This document shows, in pieces, positions 1 to 6,238 of a DNA stretch of 6,681 nucleotides. This DNA comes from an archaeon (GTDB taxonomy: Archaea > Iainarchaeota > Iainarchaeia > Iainarchaeales > CSSED10-239). The translations under genes were made by a program, and so were the position numbers. The stretch covers positions 1-6,681 of the forward strand of contig DAOOON010000035.1 in NCBI GenBank assembly GCA_035387745.1, written 5' to 3'. Under the pieces are notes generated by a model. The model was not told where the DNA came from. It searched no databases and saw only the letters and a program-made list of their open reading frames with translations. Each line of letters starts with the position of its first letter. Position 1 is the first letter of the stretch.

Positions 1-10
1 CTTTTACTAT

Positions 11-721
11 TTGTATATGCCTAAAGGAAGTTCCAGCATCGGTAGAAAACAACCAAAAAGAATAGGCGACAGTGTTTTTATTGGAACACCACACGGAAAA
101 GAACTTGGCTATTCTACACATGCCAAACAAATGATTAGAGAAAACCCAGGACTCTTAAAAGCAGTGTATGAATTATCAAAAAGTAGAAAACCATTTTTAG
201 AAGACCCAAAAAGCAGATTTCAAATTTTAAGACAAAAACCAAAAGCAGGCCAAAACACTGATGCCTCTTATATTCTTAAATTAAAAGAAAAAAAATACTA
301 TATTAAAGAAGTAAATGATACTAGTATAGATAGAGACTATAGTTTTGATATTAAACACAAACACGGAAGAGACGGAGTAAGTGAACATCTAGCAATAGAA
401 TTACTAAAAGAACAAGGAATAAATGTCATTCCTGCACATTTCTCATATGTTGATCCAATATCTAAAAAAAGCTTTATAGTTTATGAATTCACACAACTTA
501 GAACTCTTGATGAGTTATATAAAACTGGAGAAATTACTTCTATTAGATATAAAAATATAAAAAAACAAGTAAAAGAAATAGAAGAAGAAATAAATAGAAA
601 ATTTCATTCTTTTGGATTAGATAAATATAAACAAATCTGGGATATACGTACAGACAATGTTTTCTATAGTACAGGAAAAAATAAATTTTATGTTTTTGAT
701 CCAATTTTATTAAAAAAATAA
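11..721 (+). CDS. Uncharacterised small protein with a protein-kinase-like (PKL) core, resembling RIO/Bud32/APH-type minimal kinases. The start is uncertain.
   Basis: A 236-aa ORF, preferred over its antisense frames. Motifs in kinase order: YYIKE (candidate VAIK-type Lys99); EHLAIELLKEQGINVIP (candidate alpha-C Glu followed by the 'gi-vP' pattern typical of APH/ChoK-like kinases); IVYEF..L hinge-like segment; WDIRTDN (Asp211-x4-Asn216, same spacing as HRDLKPxN); and FYVFDP (Asp230, 14 residues after Asn216, versus 13 in PKA for the DFG Asp). The ORF-track start is TTG at 11, the first ATG is at 17, and the frame stays open to the left window edge, so the gene may be 5'-partial. The ORF itself is likely real; the fold assignment is motif-based inference. 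Confidence 0.5.
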   Translation: MYMPKGSSSIGRKQPKRIGDSVFIGTPHGKELGYSTHAKQMIRENPGLLKAVYELSKSRKPFLEDPKSRFQILRQKPKAGQNTDASYILKLKEKKYYIKEVNDTSIDRDYSFDIKHKHGRDGVSEHLAIELLKEQGINVIPAHFSYVDPISKKSFIVYEFTQLRTLDELYKTGEITSIRYKNIKKQVKEIEEEINRKFHSFGLDKYKQIWDIRTDNVFYSTGKNKFYVFDPILLKK

Positions 722-727
722 GGAGGT
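721..727 (+). promoter_or_regulatory. Shine-Dalgarno site (AGGAGGT) for the HIT gene
   Basis: AGGAGGT lies 8 nt upstream of ATG 736 and overlaps the last base of the upstream TAA stop (719-721). It is complementary to the canonical 16S 3' end. Similar but shorter sites: GGAG at 4797-4800 before FEN-1, GGTGA (minus strand, 3315-3319) before the 2600-3307 gene, and GGAG at 1258-1261 before ATG 1268. Confidence 0.75.
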
Positions 728-735
728 AAATAAAT

Positions 736-1191
736 ATGGCAAAAGGATGTATGTTTTGTAAGATAGCAAAAGGGAAGGTGCCAAGCTATAAGATATATGA
801 AAACAAGAAGGTGATTGCTTTTCTGGATATCAATCCAATAGCTAAAGGACACACACTAGTGATTCCAAAGAAACATTTTGAAAACGTCTTTGATTGTAAA
901 GACAAAATTCTAGCAGAAATGATAAAAGCAACACAAAAAATTGCTCTTCACTATAAAGAGAAACTAGGATGTACTGGTGTAAATATCCTAAACGCTTCAG
1001 GAGCTTCAGCAGAACAACAAGTACCACATCTTCATTTCCACATAATACCAAGAATTGAAGGAGACGGACACAAGATTTGGCCAGTCACAGAACATGTTAC
1101 AGAAAACTTAGAAAGACTAGCAGAAGAAATAAAAATGGAAGACGAACTAGAACCAAAGAAAAAGAAAAAAACAGAAGAAAATAATGGCTAA
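736..1191 (+). CDS. HIT-family (histidine triad, Hint-like) nucleotide hydrolase/transferase
   Basis: The N-terminus CMFCKIAKGKVPSYKIYENKKVIAFLDINPIAKGHTLVIPKKH is the classic Hint-branch signature. The histidine triad HLHFHIIPR (HxHxHxx) is present. A strong SD lies upstream. The protein has a Lys/Glu-rich C-terminal tail. Confidence 0.9.
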   Translation: MAKGCMFCKIAKGKVPSYKIYENKKVIAFLDINPIAKGHTLVIPKKHFENVFDCKDKILAEMIKATQKIALHYKEKLGCTGVNILNASGASAEQQVPHLHFHIIPRIEGDGHKIWPVTEHVTENLERLAEEIKMEDELEPKKKKKTEENNG

Positions 1192-2593
1192 AAAGATTTT
1201 CTTTTCCATTCTTTTTTCATTTATTATATTTGGAATAATAATACTACCAGTATTTTTGGAGAAAGACATGAATTTAAAAATTAGAAAACCAGCAGTTTCT
1301 GGAACTTTTTATCCTTCTAGTCAATTAGCCTTAACTTCTCAACTTGAAGGGTTTTTTAAAGATACAGAAATAGAATATTCTGGGGAAATTATTAATGCTT
1401 TAATTGCTCCACATGCTGGTTATATCTATTCTGGAAAAACCGCAATGTTTGGTTATAAACAACTCTATATGGACCTAATCTTAAGAAAAGAAGACAGCTT
1501 TAAAGTAATAATATTAGCACCAAATCACACAGAATACACAAACAAGATAATAATTCCAGACTATAATTCCTTTAGAACCCCACTTGGAGATATTAAACTT
1601 AATTCCACAAAGATAAAAGCAGAAATAAACAACTCTCCACATGAGCAGGAACACGCAATTGAGGTTCAGCTTCCTTTTTTACAATATATCTTTAAGAAAG
1701 CAAATAAAGAATTTACAATTATTCCAATTATTGTTGGAGACGTTAATGCAGAAGAAATAAAGGCATTAGCAAAAGACATAAACTCAGAAATTACAGAAAA
1801 TACAATCATAATTGTCTCAAGCGACCTTTCACACTACCAGCCACAAGAGAAAGCACAAGAAATTGATAATAAAACTATACACAACATCTTGGACAGAAAA
1901 ACAACCGCAAGCCTTGACGCCTGCGGCTCTAACCCAATAAAGGTACTAGAAGAGATATCAATATTAAGAAGCTGGAAAGAACCAAAACTTCTAAACTACT
2001 CAACTTCAGGAGACGTCACAAGAGACAAGAAGGCTGTTGTTGGCTATGCTAGTATATCTTTTACAGAAGAAAAAGAACATCTTCTCTTAAGACTTGCACA
2101 CAGAACTATACAAAACGCATTTGATGCAAGAAAAGAAAATTTTTTTGATTTAGAACAATCTGTACCTAAAGAATACCTAGAACGAAAAGGAAGTTTTGTA
2201 ACTCTAACAATAAACAAAAGACTAAGAGGATGTATTGGGAATATTAAAGGCACAAAAACCGTATTTCAAGGAATAATTGATAACTCAAAGTTTGCAGCAT
2301 TTCAAGATCCTCGCTTTGATAGCCTAACAGAAAAGGAATTTGAAAAAGTTGATATTGAGATTTCTTTGCTGTCTAAGCCAGTTGATTGTAATCTTTCAGA
2401 CATAAAGAAAGGAGACGGAGTAATTATTAGACAAGGACTAGCAACAGCAGTTTACCTGCCACAAGTTTGGGAGCAGTTACCAGACAAAGATTCTTTTTTA
2501 GCAAGCCTTTGTGAGAAAGCAGGATTAGAATGGAATTGCTATAAAGAAAAAGCCACAAAGTTTCAAAGATTTGAAGTAGAAATAATTGAATAA
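1184..2593 (+). CDS. Fusion protein with an N-terminal Memo-like domain (AmmeMemoRadiSam system protein B type) and a C-terminal AMMECR1 domain (system protein A type). A possible N-terminal membrane anchor depends on the start choice (1184 or 1268).
   Basis: Memo part (about aa 33-293): KPAVSGTFYP, APHAGYIYSG, NH, EHAIEVQLPFLQ, SSDLSHY, DACGSNPI and VVGYASISF, covering the His/His/Asp-His/Cys metal-site positions known from MEMO1. AMMECR1 part (about aa 296-469): KGSFVTLT...LRGCIGN, FQDPRF and AVYLPQVW. The two domains join with essentially no linker. ATG 1184 overlaps the HIT stop by 8 nt (ATGGCTAA). The alternative ATG 1268 has GGAG 6 nt upstream and gives the canonical Memo N-terminus. 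Confidence 0.85.
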   Translation: MAKKIFFSILFSFIIFGIIILPVFLEKDMNLKIRKPAVSGTFYPSSQLALTSQLEGFFKDTEIEYSGEIINALIAPHAGYIYSGKTAMFGYKQLYMDLILRKEDSFKVIILAPNHTEYTNKIIIPDYNSFRTPLGDIKLNSTKIKAEINNSPHEQEHAIEVQLPFLQYIFKKANKEFTIIPIIVGDVNAEEIKALAKDINSEITENTIIIVSSDLSHYQPQEKAQEIDNKTIHNILDRKTTASLDACGSNPIKVLEEISILRSWKEPKLLNYSTSGDVTRDKKAVVGYASISFTEEKEHLLLRLAHRTIQNAFDARKENFFDLEQSVPKEYLERKGSFVTLTINKRLRGCIGNIKGTKTVFQGIIDNSKFAAFQDPRFDSLTEKEFEKVDIEISLLSKPVDCNLSDIKKGDGVIIRQGLATAVYLPQVWEQLPDKDSFLASLCEKAGLEWNCYKEKATKFQRFEVEIIE

Positions 2594-2599
2594 AAGAAA

Positions 2600-3307
2600 T
2601 TAGATTCTCTCAAAAGCCATTCTCTCTTTATTAAATCTATAACCCTTTGTAGTATTTGGTACAAATCTTATTTTCAACCCAAGAACATTTTGATAATAAT
2701 CAAACATAATTCTTTTTAATTCTTTATTGTAGGTTTCTATAAATGTTTTACCAGTTTTATTTTTTTGAAAATTAGCTATATCTTGGGCTCTGGTTTTTGC
2801 AGCACTTTGTTCTTTAAGTATTGCCTCATAAATGTTCCGTTGTAAAATAGATACATCTCTGGTTTTTGGTATAAAGAAATTATTTTCTATAAAAGTTATT
2901 GTTTTGGTAGTAAATAATACGCCTATTGCTCCAGATATTTCTCCAGTTTTACGATCAATATTTGAAATTGCAGTAAAGTTTTTTTTATATTTGAAATGTT
3001 CAAAAAATAATACAGATATATCATTTGCAGAAGGTAGTTCTTTTAATGGTCCGATTGTGTGAGTATGCACTATTTTGGATTTTTTGTGTTTAAATGCCTT
3101 TTTAAGTAATTTTTCATCAATTATTGTTCGATTTTTTTCTCGAGATTTGCTTATATTATAATATTCGTTTTCTACTTTTACAATAGCTACTTCTTTTGTT
3201 GTATATTCTGGTGTTTTTTTGATTGCTTCAGTTAGTGTATTATAGCCTTTTGAAGGCATCTTTGGTGTTTTTCTTCTAAAAGGATTTTTTATTTTTTTTA
3301 AAAGCAT
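2600..3307 (-). CDS. Uncharacterised protein with a JAB/MPN (JAMM)-like metal-binding motif; paralog A
   Basis: A 235-aa ORF with a GGTGA SD 7 nt upstream of its ATG, 13 nt downstream of the S2P stop. Motif order is Glu39 (TKEVAIVKVE), then His81-x-His83 (KIVHTHT), then Ser93-x-x-Asp96 (PSANDIS). This resembles the JAMM E...HxHx(n)SxxD signature and the RadC-like HNHPSG..PS..DI pattern, but with a longer HxH-to-S spacer (9 residues versus 7). The protein has a basic N-terminus. Its conserved C-terminal block LKIRF....GYRFN.E.M.FERI is shared with ORF 6225-6644. The ORF is likely real; the fold call is tentative. Confidence 0.45.
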   Translation of the reverse strand: MLLKKIKNPFRRKTPKMPSKGYNTLTEAIKKTPEYTTKEVAIVKVENEYYNISKSREKNRTIIDEKLLKKAFKHKKSKIVHTHTIGPLKELPSANDISVLFFEHFKYKKNFTAISNIDRKTGEISGAIGVLFTTKTITFIENNFFIPKTRDVSILQRNIYEAILKEQSAAKTRAQDIANFQKNKTGKTFIETYNKELKRIMFDYYQNVLGLKIRFVPNTTKGYRFNKERMAFERI

Positions 3308-3320
3308 CTATTTCTCACCA

Positions 3321-4706
3321 TTATAGAAAATAAGGAATAATATTTAATAATGCCAAGAAAATTAATACACATATAAAGAACCACATTACTTTCTTCATTC
3401 TCTTTTCTTCATTATTTTTCTTTTTATTTAGAAAATCACAAAATATAATCTGTGCCATAAACCCACCATCGAAAGGTATTGTTGGAAGAAAGTTAGTTGT
3501 TGCAAGTATGAAATTTAATAATGCAACCCATAAAATAACACTTAACAATATTTTATAAAAACTATAATCTTTTGGAACTTTAATAGTTTCATCAACCAAA
3601 ACGTCAGCAGTTATTCCTATATTTCCTAGTTCATTTGTAGTTATATACTCTGTTCTTGTAATATTTGTATCTAAATTTTTAACAACAAATTCATTTTCTT
3701 GATCTTTCTTTATATTTTTGGTTAAATCATTTCTGCTTTTTATAAGATTGCCATTAACTGAGATAATTAAATCATTTTTAACAAGCTTACCAAAGGCTGG
3801 ATTATCAAAAGAAGAACCACAAACTTCGGTTGTCGCAGTTACTTGACTTACAACAAGACCAATCTCTCGTTGATTGTCTATTGATGTGGTATAGTTTGCT
3901 ATTGGTGCAGAAATCAATAAATACACTATAAAGAAAATAATTGCAACAATCAGGTTACTTGTAGGACCTGCCGCATACATCTTTAGTTTCTTTTTATTGT
4001 CTATTTTTTTAAATTTTTCTTCATCTGGCTCAACATAAGCACCAAGTGGTAATATGCCAAGTAGCATTACACCAATGGACTTTAGCTTTATTTTTGCAAC
4101 GCGTAGCATTATTCCATGACTAAACTCATGAATAAAAGCCGCAGGGATTAATATCAACCAACCATACCAAGGAATAAAGAAATTTGTTTTAGGAACCTTT
4201 ACACCTGGAATAACAAGGCCAATACCTGGGCAAGCAACTTTCCCCACAAACATCTTCGCAATAATATCATATGCTGAAAAAAGCAATGCCCCTAGAATAA
4301 AACCAGACAATCCCATTATTCCGGTTAGTATTATTATCAAATAACTAATAAATTTAGGAATTAAAGGATTACCAAAAAACATACTTCCTGCTAATAAATA
4401 AGAAATATAAGTTGCAATCAATAATGAAATAATAAATATAAAAATTCTTTTCTTTTTTGTAGCCTTATCTTTAATTAAATAATCTACACCAAAAGGGCCA
4501 AAGCCAACAGCAACACCAAATACAGACATTGCAGTTAATGCTTTTTTATGTTTTTCTGCTAATTTATTTACACGTTTGATTAGAGATTTTGTATCAAGTA
4601 AAATTAAAATCCATAAAGTTGTTCTTTGTTTAAATACTAATCTTGCAAAAGTTGCACAAAATGCAGCAAAAGCAAAAACTAAAATAATCCATAAAGTAGT
4701 AGTCAC
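3321..4706 (-). CDS. Site-2 protease family (peptidase M50) intramembrane zinc metalloprotease with a PDZ insert, archaeal/MBTPS2-like type
   Basis: A multi-pass hydrophobic protein. It contains VIPGVKVP upstream of the HExxH motif (FIHEFSHGIM), then AAGPTSNL, a soluble PDZ-like insert (GLVVSQV...GKLVKNDLIISVNGNLI) and the second catalytic motif NFLPTIPFDGG (NxxPxxxxDG). The predicted start is GTG at 4704-4706 and the first in-frame ATG is 59 codons downstream, so the exact start is uncertain. Confidence 0.85.
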   Translation of the reverse strand: MTTTLWIILVFAFAAFCATFARLVFKQRTTLWILILLDTKSLIKRVNKLAEKHKKALTAMSVFGVAVGFGPFGVDYLIKDKATKKKRIFIFIISLLIATYISYLLAGSMFFGNPLIPKFISYLIIILTGIMGLSGFILGALLFSAYDIIAKMFVGKVACPGIGLVIPGVKVPKTNFFIPWYGWLILIPAAFIHEFSHGIMLRVAKIKLKSIGVMLLGILPLGAYVEPDEEKFKKIDNKKKLKMYAAGPTSNLIVAIIFFIVYLLISAPIANYTTSIDNQREIGLVVSQVTATTEVCGSSFDNPAFGKLVKNDLIISVNGNLIKSRNDLTKNIKKDQENEFVVKNLDTNITRTEYITTNELGNIGITADVLVDETIKVPKDYSFYKILLSVILWVALLNFILATTNFLPTIPFDGGFMAQIIFCDFLNKKKNNEEKRMKKVMWFFICVLIFLALLNIIPYFL

Positions 4707-4807
4707 TAATTATCCCATTCCTTAAAAGTATATTTATTGATATAATATATAAAGTATATTATATTTATATTAGTTATGTTATTTAATATAATTGTTGGAG
4801 ATTAAAA
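4707..4807. promoter_or_regulatory. Divergent intergenic promoter region between S2P (-) and FEN-1 (+), with TATA-like boxes and a 10-bp perfect inverted repeat
   Basis: This is the only substantial non-coding stretch in the window and is almost pure A/T. TATA-like TTTATATT lies at 4764-4771 and ATTTAATATA at 4781-4790 on the + side, with equivalent AT boxes on the - side. The inverted repeat is ATATAATATA (4740-4749), 5-nt spacer, TATATTATAT (4755-4764). GGAG at 4797-4800 lies 7 nt before ATG 4808. Confidence 0.5.
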
Positions 4808-5848
4808 ATGGGAGTAGCAATTGGGTCTTTAATTGAAGATTGTAAGAAAAGGATAGATCTTTCTGAATTTAAAGGCAAAAAATTTGGGTTTGATGCCTAT
4901 AATATGCTGTTTCAGTTTGTAACAACTATCAGAGGGATAGATGGTGAACCTCTAAAGAACGAAAACGGAGAAATTACTAGTCATTATTCAGGAATATTCT
5001 ATAGAATATCTAATGTTTTAAGTGCAGGTATTAAACCAGTGTTTGTTTATGATGGTAAAAGCCATGAACTAAAAGCAAAGACTAAACAAGATAGAAGAGA
5101 CAGAAGAGAAGCAGCAAAAGAAAAACTAGAAAAAGCAATAGTAGAAGAAGACATAGAAAGTATGGGCAAATTTGCAAGGCAGTCTGCAACAATCGATTCA
5201 AAAATTATTGACGAATCAAAAGAGTTGTTAACAGCAATGGGAGTTTCGTCTTTTACAGCACCAGGAGAAGCAGAAGCACAGATTTCTTATATGACTGCTG
5301 TTGGACAAACAGACTACTGTGTCTCTCAAGACTTTGATTGTCTTTTGTTTGGTTCTCCAAATCTTGTAAAAAATATAGGAGTAAGCGGAAAAAGAAAAGT
5401 TCCGTTTAAAAAAATATATGTTGACGTTTATCCATATATCCTTGAAAGCGAGCAAGTTTTTTCTAAACTTAATATCACAAGAGAAAAACTTATCTGGATG
5501 TCTCTTTTGATAGGAACAGACTTTAATGACAAGGTTGAGGGTATTGGCCCAAAAACTGCTCTAAAGCTTGTACAGGAAAACAATAGCTTTGAAAACATCT
5601 TAAAGCAACTAAAAGAAAAAAACAAAGAAATTGATTTTGATTACAAAGAAGTTATAGATATATTTCTTAACCCAGATATTGAAAAAAATCCAATCTATTA
5701 TAAGCCCATCTTTGACAGACAAAAGATAGAGCACATACTTATAGACAAAGCAAACTTTGAGGAAAAGAGAACAATAAACTATCTAAACGAATTTGAAAAA
5801 AAAAGAAACGAAGTAGATAAACAGAAAACGTTAAGTAAATGGTTTTGA
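4808..5848 (+). CDS. fen: Flap endonuclease 1 (FEN-1), archaeal type
   Basis: Aligns by eye along its full length with archaeal FEN-1: MGV.IG, FDAYN (Asp), GE.TSH.SGIFYR, KPVFVYDG (Asp), PGEAEAQ (two Glu), SQDFDCLLFG (two Asp) and GTDFN (Asp). It has an H3TH region (GIGPKTALKLV) and a C-terminal PCNA-interacting PIP box QKTLSKWF (5822-5845) directly before the TGA stop. Confidence 0.95.
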   Translation: MGVAIGSLIEDCKKRIDLSEFKGKKFGFDAYNMLFQFVTTIRGIDGEPLKNENGEITSHYSGIFYRISNVLSAGIKPVFVYDGKSHELKAKTKQDRRDRREAAKEKLEKAIVEEDIESMGKFARQSATIDSKIIDESKELLTAMGVSSFTAPGEAEAQISYMTAVGQTDYCVSQDFDCLLFGSPNLVKNIGVSGKRKVPFKKIYVDVYPYILESEQVFSKLNITREKLIWMSLLIGTDFNDKVEGIGPKTALKLVQENNSFENILKQLKEKNKEIDFDYKEVIDIFLNPDIEKNPIYYKPIFDRQKIEHILIDKANFEEKRTINYLNEFEKKRNEVDKQKTLSKWF

Positions 5849-5851
5849 AAT

Positions 5852-6238
5852 ATGCCAACAACAAAACCTAAACCAAAGCAAGTAAAAAGGCTAGCAAAGA
5901 AGTGGTTTGTAGAAACAAAACCAAAAGTTCAATTTACTAAAGTACTTTCTCAGTTTCCAAATGTAGATAAAAAAGAAATTGCACTAATAAAACATGGTGG
6001 GGCATATACTGATATTAGTATAAATCGACGAAAAGAAGTAGTTACTCCAGAAGATTATACTAGCTTTTTCCTTCGTAAATCCAATCCAAATGATTTTAAA
6101 AAAGAAAAAATTTTAGAAAAATCAGGGAAATTTGTAAAAAGATTAAATGCGAAGGAAGAACCAATATCTATACACACACACCCAATGTCTGATGGTGTTG
6201 CTTTCTTAATGTATAATGATATAAATGGCAATATATAA
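5852..6238 (+). CDS. N-terminal fragment of the JAB/MPN-like paralog B (carries E...HxH...D), ending at a frameshift
   Basis: The ATG lies 3 nt after the FEN-1 stop. KKEIALIKHG matches TKEVAIVKVE of paralog A, and ISIHTHP....LMYNDIN matches KIVHTHT....PSANDIS. The ORF stops 5 codons after the conserved Asp, and the homology to paralog A continues in the next frame. Confidence 0.5.
   Translation: MPTTKPKPKQVKRLAKKWFVETKPKVQFTKVLSQFPNVDKKEIALIKHGGAYTDISINRRKEVVTPEDYTSFFLRKSNPNDFKKEKILEKSGKFVKRLNAKEEPISIHTHPMSDGVAFLMYNDINGNI

Noticed and set aside
346-375. The IKHKHGRDGV segment in ORF 11-721 resembles IHTHPMSDGV of paralog B, which hinted at a third member of the JAB-like family.
   Set aside because: No upstream Glu block and no C-terminal LKIRF...GYR.N block is present. 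The rest of the protein fits the ordered kinase-like motifs much better, so the similarity is probably coincidental.
507-512. A TGATGA (C-box-like) sequence, considered as a possible C/D box sRNA.
   Set aside because: It lies inside the coding frame of ORF 11-721 (LDEL codons). No matching D box (CTGA) or terminal stem occurs at an appropriate distance.
842-1051. A 69-aa antisense ORF inside the HIT gene. The same applies to antisense ORFs 2044-2253 (-), 2832-3062 (+), 5228-5455 (-) and 5428-5625 (-).
   Set aside because: All lie entirely within well-supported genes on the opposite strand. They encode low-complexity Leu/Phe/Ser/Cys-rich peptides with no motifs and have no RBS. They are typical shadow ORFs of AT-rich coding DNA.
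5796-5804. An A9 run in FEN-1, and A8/T8 runs at 2979-2986 and 3292-3299, considered as slippage or phase-variation sites.
   Set aside because: The reading frames pass through all of them intact as Lys codons. Such runs are expected in a Lys-rich, AT-rich genome, and the one real frameshift in the window is not at a homopolymer.
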